Assembly (NCBI GenBank): GCA_964016885.1
Contig: OZ024743.1
Span: 305,784,001 to 305,848,000 of the forward strand
Direction of reading: 5' to 3'
Source of the DNA: Eledone cirrhosa
Taxonomy: Eukaryota
Length of the DNA stretch: 64,000 nt
Shown here: in pieces, positions 11,092-22,610 of the stretch
Position numbering within the stretch: the stretch's first letter is position 1
Layout of the letters: the number at the start of each line of letters is the position of its first letter
Notes under the pieces: generated by a model
Told to the model about the DNA's origin: nothing
Database searches by the model: none
The model's input: the letters and a program-made list of their open reading frames with translations, nothing else
Position numbers and translations under genes: made by a program

Positions 11092-14000
11092 TATTAATGT
11101 TGGTACTACAGATAAAATGGTGTATTAATGTTGGTACTACAGATAAAATGGTGTATTAATGTTGATACTACAGATAAAATAGTGTATTTATGTTGATACT
11201 AGAGATAAAATAGTGTATTTATGTTGATACTACAGATAAAATAGTGTATTTATGTTGATACTGGAGATAAAATAGTGTATTTATGTTGATACTAGAGATA
11301 AAATAGTGTATTTATGTTGATACTACAGATAAAATTGTGTATTAATGTTGATACTACAGATAAGATAGTGTATTTATGTTGATAATAGAGATAAAATAGT
11401 GTATTTATGTTGATACTACAGATAAAATTGTGAATGAATGTTGATACTACAGATAAAATACTGAATTAATGTTGGTACTACAGATAAAATAAGAATTAAT
11501 GTTGGTACTACAGATAAAATAAGAATTAATGTTGGTACTACAGATAAAATAGTGAATTAATGTTGATACTACAGATAAAATAGTGAATTAATGTTGATAC
11601 TACAGAAGAAATAGTGAATTAATGTTGATACTACAGATACAATAGTGTATTAATGTTGATACTACAGATGAAATGGTGAATTAATGTTGATACTACAGAT
11701 ACAATGGTGAATTAATGTTGATACTACAGATAAAATAGTGTATTTATGTTGATACTACGGATAAAATAGTGAATTAATGTTGGTACTACAGATAAAATGG
11801 TGAATGAATGTTGGTACTACAGATAAAATGGTGAATGAATGTTGGTACTACAGATAAAATGGTGAATTAATGTTGGTACTACAGATAAAATAGTGTATTA
11901 ATGTTGATACTACAGATAAAATAGTGAATGAATGTTGATACTACAGATAAAATAGTGTATTAATGTTGGTACTACAGATACAATGGTGAATTAATATTGA
12001 TAGTACAGATAAAATAGTGAATTAATGTTGATACTACAGATAAAATGGTGAATGAATGTTGGTACTACATATAAAATAGTGTATTAATGTTGATACTACA
12101 GATAAAATGGTGAATTAATGTTGATACTACAGATACAATAGTGTATTAATGTTGATACTACAGATAAAATAGTGTATTAATGTTGGTACTACAGATAAAA
12201 TGGTGAATGAATGTTGGTACTACAGATAAAATAGTGAATTAATGTTAGTACTAAAGATAAAATGGTGTATTAATGTTGATACTACGGATAAAATAGTGTA
12301 TTAATGTTGATACTACAGATAAAATTGTGAATGAATGTTGGTACTACAGATAAAATAGTGAATTAATGTTGGTACTAAAGATAAAATAGTGTATTAATGT
12401 TGATACTACAGATAAAATAGTGAATTAATGTTGATACTACAGATAAAATGGAGAATTAATGTTGGTACTACAGATAAAATAGTGCCTTTATGTTGGTACT
12501 ACAGATAAAATGGTGAATTAATGTTGATACTACAGATAAAATAGTGAATTAATGTTGATACTACAGATAAAATGGAGAATTAATGTTGATACTACAGATA
12601 AAATAGTGAATTAATGTTGGTACTACAGATAAAATGGTGAATTAATGTTGATACTACAGATAAAATAGTGCATTTATGTTGGTACTACAGATAAAATGGT
12701 GAATTAATGTTGGTACTACAGATACAATGGTGAATTAATGTTGGTACTACAGATAAAATAGTGTATTAATGTTGGTACTACAGATAAAATAGTGCATTTA
12801 TGTTGGTACTACAGATAAAATGGTGAATTAATGTTGGTACTACAGATACAATGGTGAATTAATGTTGGTACTACAGATAAAATAGTGTATTAATGTTGGT
12901 ACTACAGATAAAATAGTGAATGAATGTTGATACTACAGATAAAATAGTGTATTAATGTTGGTACTACAGATACAATGGGGAATTAATATTGATAGTACAG
13001 ATAAAATAGTGAATTAATGTTGATACTACAGATAAAATGGTGAATGAATGTTGGTACTACATATAAAATAGTGTATTAATGTTGATACTACAGATAAAAT
13101 GGTGAATTAATGTTGATACTACAGATACAATAGTGTATTAATGTTGATACTACAGATAAAATAGTGTATTAATGTTGGTACTACAGATAAAATGGTGAAT
13201 GAATGTTGGTACTACAGATAAAATAGTGAATTAATGTTAGTACTAAAGATAAAATGGTGTATTAATGTTGATACTACGGATAAAATAGTGTATTAATGTT
13301 GATACTACAGATAAAATTGTGAATGAATGTTGGTACTACAGATAAAATAGTGAATTAATGTTGGTACTAAAGATAAAATAGCGTATTAATGTTGATACTA
13401 CAGATAAAATAGTGAATTAATGTTGATACTACAGATAAAATGGAGAATTAATGTTGGTACTACAGATAAAATAGTGCCTTTATGTTGGTACTACAGATAA
13501 AATGGTGAATTAATGTTGATACTACAGATAAAATAGTGAATTAATGTTGATACTACAGATAAAATGGAGAATTAATGTTGATACTACAGATAAAATAGTG
13601 AATTAATGTTGGTACTACAGATAAAATGGTGAATTAATGTTGATACTATAGATAAAATAGTGCATTTATGTTGGTACTACAGATAAAATGGTGAATTAAT
13701 GTTGGTACTACAGATACAATGGTGAATTAATGTTGGTACTACAGATAAAATAGTGTATTAATGTTGGTACTACAGATAAAATAGTGCATTTATGTTGGTA
13801 CTACAGATAAAATGGTGAATTAATGTTGGTACTACAGATACAATGGTGAATTAATGTTGGTACTACAGATAAAATAGTGTATTAATGTTGGTACTACAGA
13901 TAAAATACTGAATTAATGTTGATACTACAGATAAAATGGTGAATTAATGCTGATACTACAGATAAAATAGTGCATTTATGTTGGTACTACAGATAAAATA

Positions 14001-15205
14001 GTGTATTTATGTTGATACTACAGATAAAATGGATAATTAATGTTGGTACTACAGATAAAATGGTGAACTAATGTTGGTACTAAAGATAAAATGGATAATT
14101 AATGTTGGTACTACAGATAGATAAGTGTATTGATGCTGGTACTACAGATAAACTGGTGTATTGATGTTGGTACTACTGATAAAATGGTATATTAATGTTG
14201 GTACCACATATAAACTGGTGTATTGTTGTTGGTACTACTGATAAAATGATGTATTAATGATAGTACTTAATGAACTAGTGAATTAATTTTGGTACTACAA
14301 ATAAAATTGTGAATTAATGTTTGTACTACTGATAAAAGGTTATATTAATGTTGGTACTACAGATAAACTCGTGTATTAATACTAGTACTACAGATAAAAT
14401 GGTGAATTAATGTTGGTACTAAAGATAAAATGGTGTATTAATGTTGGTACTACAGATAAAAGGCTATATTTATGTTGGTACTACAAATAAAATGGTGAAT
14501 TAATGTTGGTACTACAGATACAATGGTGAATTAATGTTGGTACTACAGATACAATGGTGTATTTATGTTGGTACTACAGATAAAATGGTGTATTAATGTT
14601 GGTACTACTGATAAAAGGCTATATTTATGTTGGTACTACAGATAAAATAGTGAATTAATGTTGTTACTAAAGATACAATGGTGAATTAATGTTGGTACTA
14701 CAGATAAAATAGTGAATTAATGTTGGTACTAAAGATAAAAGGCTATATGTATGTTGGTACTACAGATAAAATGGTGAATTAATGTTGGTACTACAGATAA
14801 AATGGTGAATTAATGTTGATACTACAGATAAAATGGTGAATTAATGTTGGTACTACAGATAAAATGGTGAATTAATGTTGGTACTACTGATAAACTGGTG
14901 TATTGATGTTGGTACTACAGATAAAATGGTATATTAATGTTGGTACTAAAGATAAATTGGTGTATTGATGTTGGTACTACTGATAAAATGGTGTATTAAT
15001 GTTGGTACTACAGATAAAATGATGTATTAATGTTGGTACTACATGAACTAGTGAATTATTGTTGGTACTACTGATTAAAGGCTATATTAATGTTGGTACT
15101 ACAGATAAAATGGTGTATTAATACTAGTACTACAGATAAAATGGTGTATTAATACTAGTACTACAGATAAAATGGTGTATTAATGTTGGTACTACAGATA
15201 AAATG
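11092..15205. repeat. 31-bp minisatellite, ~130 copies, consensus AATGTTG(G/A)TACTACAGATAAAAT(G/A)GTG(T/A)ATT
   Basis: The 31-bp period was measured directly (TGGTAC at 11101 and 11132). Confidence 0.97.
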
Positions 15206-15373
15206 TGCCTCCTTAATTTGAAAGGGAAAAATTTCATAATATTATGTGGAACCTTGGTCAAGTATGTGTGCATATATATGGTCTGTATGGACCCATCCAG
15301 CCCTTGTTAGCAGAGAAAACAGGCACTAAAACAATAATTTTGATGATATATATATACGTTTACTGTTTTGTAG

Positions 15374-15498
15374 ATGATGGAGATATTGACATAGATGGTA
15401 ATCTAGTTAAAATCTATTATAATGGAAAATGGGGAAGCCTTTGTTTAAATTCAACTAACGTGATTAAAGTGGTATGTCACAGTCTAGGACTCCAATCA
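15374..15498 (+). CDS. Exon: N-terminal half of a scavenger receptor cysteine-rich (SRCR) domain
   Basis: Acceptor TTTTGTAG at 15373. The exon reads DDGDIDIDGNLVKIYYNGKWGSLCLNSTNVIKVVCHSLGLQS, matching the SRCR pattern V.vy.nG.WG.vC...VVC..LG. The donor position is uncertain (15494 or 15498). Confidence 0.8.
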
Positions 15499-15839
15499 GT
15501 AAAAGAAATATTTCTTTACAAGTCAAATATTACAATAGCTATGTGTTGGAAGAACTGTGTTGGTTTATGTCTATTATTTTGTGAAAGATAATGTTTAATT
15601 ATTGTGCACCTGAGCACTACACAATAATTTTATTATCATTATTATTAAATAAAACTGTAGAATTATCAGGTTTTGCAGATTATATCAACTTATCTAGTTT
15701 CATCAACAACAAAACCAAATTATACATGCATATCTGCTGAGGTGTAGTGCACCCAAGCACTGTACACAATGATTTCATTATTATTATTATTATTAATAGT
15801 TCAGTATTTTGCTTCACAATTATGATGTCTTGAATTAGA

Positions 15840-15935
15840 TCCCCCTGTGTGGTAACTTGAACAAGTTTCTTCTATCTTACCTTTGTTTTCATCCAACCTT
15901 GTGAGTAAATTTTAGTTGGTGGAAATTGTTTGGTG
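15840..15935 (+). mobile_element. Old SINE fragment
   Basis: GGTAACTTGAACAAGTTTCTTCTA...CCTTGTGAGTAAATTTTAGTTGGTGGAAATTG resembles the CTTGGGCAAG-core SINE body. Confidence 0.45.
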
Positions 15936-16239
15936 ACCATAAGTAAGGCTAAATGGTCTTCTCTTGATCATTATGCCTGTACAAGTGTCTGAAGCAGTCA
16001 ACCATGTTTACAGTGAATAGATATCTGAATAACCACCATGAAAATTATTACAAGAAACCAAAGTTATAATGATATTGATCTAGTTTACTTTTTCAATAGA
16101 ATTTTCTTCATTTCACTTAGGTTAGTTATAAAATATAAATATCACGTCTTTATGTTTGTTTGTCTTTTTTATTTGGCCTTCCCAAGGATCATGCATGTAT
16201 CATAAATCATTTCTGTAATATCACCCTAATATACGTATT

Positions 16240-16660
16240 ATCTAAGAAAAATAAAACACACTATTAAAGGGGACAGAAAAGGAAGAAAAAAGTTAGTAAA
16301 AAAAAGAAAAAGAAAAGGAAAGAAGGATCAAGCAATGAAAGAAAGGAAAAGGAGAGGGACAGTCACAACACCCTAGTCTGAGCAGAGCTACAGTTGTGCT
16401 CTGTAGACAAAACGGCAAAAGTGTTCTGCAGAAAATGGTCAGAAACACGGGGCTCTCTCCTCAAGCAAACCACCATCTTTCCAACTGTTTGGATGAAATC
16501 TGTAATGCAGGGACCAAGAATACCAGAAGTCCTGATGGAAACCGATGGAAAGAGGGAACACTCAGTCTGCATTCATCAACAGATGAATATCTTCTCAATT
16601 TGTGGAGCTTATGAAGAATATATATTTCATGTCTTGGAACTAGGTAAATGACTATCACAG
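16240..16660 (-). mobile_element. Dispersed repeat, probably the 3' end of a non-LTR element; a second diverged copy lies at 21565-21760
   Basis: Shares ordered motifs with 21565-21760: AACACA..ATTAAAGGG, GGATCAAGCAAT.AAAGAAA, ACACCC..GTCTGA.CAGAGC, AGACAAAA.GGCAAA. The family was not identified. Confidence 0.55.
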
Positions 16661-16920
16661 AGCCCTGATATCAGAAAAGTCTATATTCTAAATGACACAG
16701 TTTGGTTACAAAGTATTATATGTCAAACTTTAACAATGGTTTTGTGGAAATAGTTGTTATAATTGTTGATAAGTAGATATAAATTGTAGTACTGGCTAAC
16801 ACATGCAACCTTAATTCCATGGCAATTATTTATCAATAAGTGCATTATTTATAAAATAACATACATGGATAATTATCATCACATGATAGAGTGCACAGGA
16901 GGGGGAAAATCACAGTGCTA

Positions 16921-17972
16921 TATGAAGTTTGTTCAATAAGTAATGAGAAAATTTCAGGAGAAACATTACTTCTTTTTATAAGCTTACAAAATTTTGTCAC
17001 ATTCAAATTAATGATCTCTCGCATCTACACACTTGTGCAGGTGTCTCTCTCACCCCCTGTAAGACCTCCTCCCAGACTTTCTTCTGCAGACCTATCAGGA
17101 AATTTGATGATGCCTTTATCTGCTTCTTTGTTGGCTTCAATCTGGTTCCCCAAGGAACAGGAAGAAGTCACAAGATGCCAGGCTGGAACTGTAGAATGGG
17201 TGTTGTACCAATTTCATTCCCCCGTTGGCGATCCAGGTGTTCACCAGCATTGATTGTAGCATAGGAAAATGTCCTGGTGGAACTACCACTCACCACTGCT
17301 TCACTGCTGTGGCCACTTCTAACTCATCTTCTCCTTGAAGCTTTTCAAAACTTCAAGATAATGTTCTTTATTCCTGATTTTGCCCTCAGAAACCCATTCA
17401 GCATGAATCAACCCCTGAGTGTCAAAGAAAGGAATGACCATGGCATTTTCTTTCCACCTGCTCATCTTTGTCTTCTTGGGCCTGGGAGAGGACAACTGCT
17501 TCCACTGACCACTCAGACATTTTCATTCTGTGTTGTAGGGGAATACCCAACTCTCATATCGAGAATGTCAGTTCAACATTCCATATGAAACTGCCTCTGG
17601 TTATCCGAATGTGGCACATATTTTCTGGAGCTCCAGATCTTTGGTCAGAGTTGTCTCTACTTTACCAATATTCATACCAATAACTTTAGATATCATTCTC
17701 ACAGTACCTGGACACTCTTGCATCACTAACTTTTACACTTCATCAATGTTCTCCTCCTTTTGTGCATTGTTCAGTGCTTCAGATCTGTGTTTATCCTCAA
17801 CTTGTTCATTCCCTTCAGAAAATTGTTTAAACAAGTTCTAAACACTTACTTTGCTCACTACAACAAGTGCATTGAAATTAGAGGATCCTACATTGAAAGA
17901 GATTTGTCCTTTTTTGAAATTAATAAATGTCTCTCCTGAAGAAGTCTAAAAACTTCCTGAATACACCTTGTT
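16921..17972 (-). mobile_element. Degenerate mariner (Tc1/mariner) transposon with a transposase pseudogene
   Basis: Minus strand: ESWVFPYNTE*KCLSGQWKQLSSPRPKK...AMVIPFFDTQGLIHAEWVSEG...YLEVLK...W*FHQD, and PFYSSSLASCDFFLF (YSPDLAPCDF motif). Degenerate TIR-like ends: TATGAAGTTTGTTCAATAAGT / ACTTCCTGAATACACCTTGT. Confidence 0.9.
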
Positions 17973-18088
17973 TATTCATGTTAATGTTATATAGCACTTA
18001 CAAAGCTTAAGACATTTTGTGCAAGTATCAATATAAGTAAAGGACAGAGTGAACAACATTTAAAGAAATCATTCCATAACTTTCACTT

Positions 18089-18311
18089 CTTTTTTTCGTA
18101 TCTTCTTAGCATGTGGTTATATGACAGTTTCCCATTTCTTTACACAGTCCTTTGCATTATTATTAAATTCTGCGAGATCTTTTAAACCGCACTAGTTGAG
18201 TAGTAGAGGGCAAACAAGGCAGTGCTGCATTGTATGGTCCTCCTCTCCACATTCGCAGATGGTTGGGCCGGTCTTGTAGCCCCATCTGGTCATAGTTTCA
18301 CTTAACATCCC
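18089..18311 (-). mobile_element. 5'-truncated non-LTR retrotransposon 3' end (Vingi/Ingi-like CCHC knuckle) with an 11-bp TSD
   Basis: Minus strand reads MTRWGYKTGPTICECGEEDHTMQHCLVCPLL...DLAEF. AACTTTCACTT flanks it at 18078-18088 and 18312-18322. Confidence 0.7.
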
Positions 18312-19185
18312 AACTTTCACTTAACATCCATATATATACACATATTCAAAAGACAATAAACATGTAAAATAGGAATATGAAAAATTAAGCCTGATTAAAG
18401 TAAATAAAGGAATCTCAGACTTTTATTTTATAATTTCCTAGAGATGTAGAATAAAAAATATTTACTGTATGAATACCTGTATATGTGAATGAGTGTATAT
18501 TAGAACAGATAAATCTCTCTGAAATTACACCTGACTGTCTTTAAAAGAGAAAGACACATGAGATAATGTGAAAAAAAAAGACAGAATGATATGATGATAG
18601 GTCTGCTAGATTAGGTATGACCTAGGGTTAAACAACAAAACACTGACAACCATAATAACAATTTTGATATATATCAGAATCCATTACCATCATATTGTTT
18701 AGTAATGCATCATGTGGATAGCAGCAAAGACATGTACATTAAAATTACTCTTGGGTCACAAATAATAGGTGCGGTGGGGGGTAATCAGGGGAGTTTGGAA
18801 TATGCGAGGGAGTTGGCATTAGCAGGGGTGGGGGAATCGTTATTTCCTCTAAGTTGTCTCCGTTGATGTTTTTAAAAAAACAGAACTAATGATTTAATTT
18901 ACATATTGAGAGCCCCAACCCATCCTATTTATTTTATAAACATATGGGATTTCTAGTAATGCACATTTTATTGTCATGTATAATGTTTTGTGATGTATAA
19001 AGAAATTTTGCCAGAGATATATTAGCAAAATTTAATAAGCCAGAGGGTTCGAATTATAGTGAGGGTGGGTACAAAAAATTATGAAGAATGATTATTTGAA
19101 ACCCAAAAATACTTTAATGTGAAGAGAGCAAAACTTATAAACTCATAAAATGAGTAAAATATTGAATTGTTATTTTACCTTTCAG

Positions 19186-19343
19186 TTATTCATATCAGAA
19201 AAATAGATATTCAACCATGCCTACCCACATGAGAACACCAATTTGCAGAGGTGATGAGAACTCAATTATGGACTGTTATACTTACATTTCAGCATTTACT
19301 GATTGTTTATATGCAAAATTTGGTGTTAGATGCGTAGACGATT
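19186..19343 (+). CDS. Exon: C-terminal half of the SRCR domain
   Basis: Acceptor TTTTACCTTTCAG. The exon reads YSYQKNRYSTMPTHMRTPICRGDENSIMDCYTYISAFTDCLYAKFGVRCVDD (SRCR pattern C.G.E.S..DC...C.....GV.C). Phase-1 donor GTGAGT at 19344. Confidence 0.82.
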
Positions 19344-20274
19344 GTGAGTACAAATGTTCATATATTACATATCCATGTGAAATTACTATTGAAATAATTC
19401 TTTAACTTTTTTAACAAACTAGGATTTTTTTTAATGTGCTGATGCACCTGTGTATGTGTGTGCATGTGTGTATGTACATATGCATACATTTATATGTATG
19501 AGTATATAAATATAAATGTGCAAACACAGACACACTTACAAAAATACACACTCAGCCATATATTCACACAAACACATACACACATTCACACAAACACATA
19601 CACAGTATAACAAATGGAACACCAGCAGTTATTTTGCTATAGTTTTTTCACGACCCCCTGCCTTCCTTTTACACACACATACATTCATGCAGGCAGCAGA
19701 CGTAAAGGGAGAGGAGTAGTATGAGGTTGTGAAACTACTCCTCTCTCTTTAAATGTTGTGACAGAATCACAGAAATTTATATATAGACTACAAAACCATG
19801 TTCTCTTGGGTGTTATCACTGTTAACATTTGCTACTGGAATAATTGCACTAGACACTGTAAATCAATAAAACACTTGGTAATTTCACTTTATTACAGCTG
19901 ATGTTTATATTTACAGTAGTGAATTGTTATTTGTTTTGTTACATAACATAGTCAGAGGAGAATGCAGGTACCCATAAAGTTTGAAGGCCTTCAAAGACTG
20001 GTGTACGTGAAGGTGTGTGTGTAGAGAGAGGAGGTTGTGTGACTTATTTCCTTATGATCAAGGTATGCAAATAAAATATAAATGAGAACAAAACTAGGAG
20101 CCTGGTCTGAATGTTTGTAACAGAGGGAACTCTTCTAAAGAAAGCCGAAAATCTGAATGTGCGTGGCAGTGGTGGTAGAATGGGGGAGCATATGTGACCA
20201 ATTACCTCATGACCAACCAATGAAAAAAGAATGATGGCACCAGCAATGGGAGGATGTTAGATGTATAATATTGA

Positions 20275-20560
20275 CAGCACATGGCTCAACCATTAGGTTT
20301 GTGTCCTTGAGCAAGACATTTTATTTCATGTTACTCCAGTTCACTCAGCTGTAGTAATAAGTTGTGTCATCGCTAGTGCCAAGCTGTATCGGCTGTTGCC
20401 TTTCCCTAGACAACATCAGTGGTATGGAGAGGAGAGACTGGTATGAATGGGTGACTTTTGGTCTTCCACAAACAACCTTGCCTTGATTTATGCCACAGAG
20501 GTGGAACTTTCTAGATGTAAATCTCATGGATATTTGTGACTGAAAGGCGTTTTTACCAAT
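20275..20560 (+). mobile_element. tRNA-derived SINE, same family as 7475-7710
   Basis: GTGTCCTTGAGCAAGACATTTTATTTCATGTTACTCCAGTTCACTCAGCTGTAG...GGTCTTCCACAAACAACCTTGCC. Confidence 0.78.
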
Positions 20561-21109
20561 ATCAAACTTTAACATGCTGAATTTTGTTATGAATTGGTTC
20601 CCTTGACACTGTATTATGTAATAAGAGGAGATTACTCTATCGGTGACATAATGTGCCTAGAGCACCGAGAAAATTAAAAAACTAGATGACTGATTTTGAA
20701 AATGCCTAGCTTTGGCATTAAGACAAAATGAAAAATCCTCCACAAGTATTATAATTTTGATACATCTGTTATCAATAATCTCTCTAAATATTGAATTTTA
20801 ATGCACATTTGAGATAATCTTACAGAATACATATAATGAATAACAATTTAGACTTGTTTACTGGTTAGGGGTTTATATAACATTTTATCTGTATGCAATC
20901 CCTCTGAGTTTAAAATATAGGATTTGCTATATCATCAATACCTGTTAGATTTTAGCACCTGTACTATACTGTGGTGACATCATTTGACTCACACCTCTCA
21001 AATGAATAAATTGGTCTTTTACAGAGTGAATAAAAAACAATCATTTTATGTATTTGTTTATTGAAATTAATTTAAGAAATCATTAATTATAATTTGTATC
21101 ATTTTCCAG

Positions 21110-21256
21110 CATACGATATGTATTGCCCATTTGAAAGCAGCTTGTGTTGAATGACTACTACCGGTAATGCTCAATATACATGGAAACGGGTACAGCCTAG
21201 CCAGTCCCCTCAAAGAAATGGACTTGACAAGGATCACACAACTAAATCTAGATTTG
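21110..21256 (+). pseudogene. Exon: N-terminal part of a MAM domain with an in-frame TGA (21148-21150)
   Basis: Acceptor TTTTCCAG, phase 1, compatible with the previous donor. It reads SYDMYCPFESSLC*MTTTGNAQYTWKRVQPSQSPQRNGLDKDHTTKSRFG (MAM pattern C.FE...C.....W.R......DHT...G). Donor GTAATT at 21257. Confidence 0.75.
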
Positions 21257-21564
21257 GTAATTAGTTTCAGTTTTTATAATTTTTCTCTTCATAAACTATC
21301 TTTTAATTATCACAATCTCTGTTTCAGGCAATTTTCCACATTTTCTATGTTTTGCATAAGATGCAATGTCTCAAGTAGTATTTTTACCACTTGTCTTCAT
21401 ATTATAATCCTCAGATAGAAACGGCACATAATAGATATTATTTTTTTAAAGCAGAATTTTTATTATAAAATAATTGAAATGAAAAAAACAAATATTTTCA
21501 ATATACCAAATCTCACAACGTCGTGGAAAACTCATTGACATTGTATAAAAATTATTGAGCAGTA

Positions 21565-21760
21565 TCTAATAAAAAACACATTATTAAAGGGAACAAAAAT
21601 GGGAAGAAAAAAAGAAAAAAAAAGAGGGATCAAGCAATAAAAGAAAAGGAGAGGGGGAAGAAACAGACATTACACCCCTGTCTGAACAGAGCCTCAGCCA
21701 CACCCCACAGACAAAATGGCAAAGGCATTATTGTGGAGAATAGCCAAAGACACATTGGAT
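21565..21760 (-). mobile_element. Second copy of the dispersed repeat at 16240-16660
   Basis: Collinear shared motifs (see 16240). Confidence 0.55.
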
Positions 21761-21779
21761 AATGTAGTTGTAGATTTTC

Positions 21780-22160
21780 AGATCATATCCTGGAGAACAG
21801 ATGTTGTAAATAAATTGCTCTACAGCTCATACCTTTACCTTTCTGCCATCATAAGGTGTAGGAAGCTTGTATTAGCTGGATATGTGAAATGTCACAATGA
21901 ACCTAGTGCCAGAGTTCTTTTCTGGAAACCTGATGTGTGCAGATGAGTTGAGAGACCAACCACTAAAGGATGTTCTTGAAGATGACACCAGGCTGGAGGC
22001 AGGGGACATTCAGACGGCAATGTTGGATAGGGTGAGCTGGAGGAGGAACTTCATCATAGCACCAGGAACGGGGGTGTAGAAGAAGAAGAAGAAGAAAAAG
22101 AAGAAGAAGAAGAACAAGAACAAGAACAAGAAGAACAAGAACAAGAAGAAGGAGGAGGAG
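21780..22160 (+). mobile_element. RTE-like LINE 3' end with a (GAA)n/(GAACAA)n tail
   Basis: LSAIIRCRKLVLAGYVKCHNEPSARVLFWKP / LEDDTRLEAGDIQTAMLDRVSWR, followed by a GAA-repeat tail at 22078-22160. Confidence 0.75.
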
Positions 22161-22454
22161 TTCTAGATGTGTGATGTAATAATTATGGTTTCCTCTGTGT
22201 TCATGATTTACACTGATTCTCTATTACTGGTCAGATTGATGTGTTTGAGGTTCAGCTTCAACAGATCTAAGCTAACACCTGTAGACAAAAAACAGGATGA
22301 GAAAGAATTCTAGGTTTTGACCTTCTGATTGTTAAGTCTGTGCCCTGAGAAGTGAAACAGAAATTGGCTGATGAGAAGTGAAGAGATTATATATGTCAGT
22401 TAACCAGGGGAGATCGTCAGTATTGATTTTAATTGCACACTAACAATGATTATA

Positions 22455-22610
22455 AGGCAGCTAATTGGCAGAGTCGTTAGAACATTGGAAAGAATACATT
22501 GTAGTATTCATTCCTGCTTTTTGCTCTCTGAGTTCAAATCCTGCTGAGGTCAACTTGTCTTTCATTGTTTCGAGGTCAATAAATATAGTACTAGTCTAGT
22601 ACTTGGGTGG
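22455..22610 (+). mobile_element. tRNA-derived SINE (octopus-type)
   Basis: A-box-like TGGCAGAGTCGTTAG and B-box GAGTTCAAATCC, followed by GAGGTCAACTTGTCTTTCAT...GGTCAATAAAT. Confidence 0.7.

Noticed and set aside
11092-15205. CRISPR-like regular ~31-bp repeats
   Set aside because: The units are head-to-tail with no unique spacers, there are no cas genes, and the context is eukaryotic.
16891-17841. Plus-strand ORFs of 70-120 aa
   Set aside because: They are antisense to the decayed mariner transposase.
17935-17962. CTGAAGA followed by a small stem, a possible hammerhead
   Set aside because: It has no GAAA, stem III or stem I, and it lies in the mariner terminal region.
21148-21150. TGA as a selenocysteine codon
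   Set aside because: The position is not a conserved Cys of MAM (it follows the Cys), and no SECIS could be identified.
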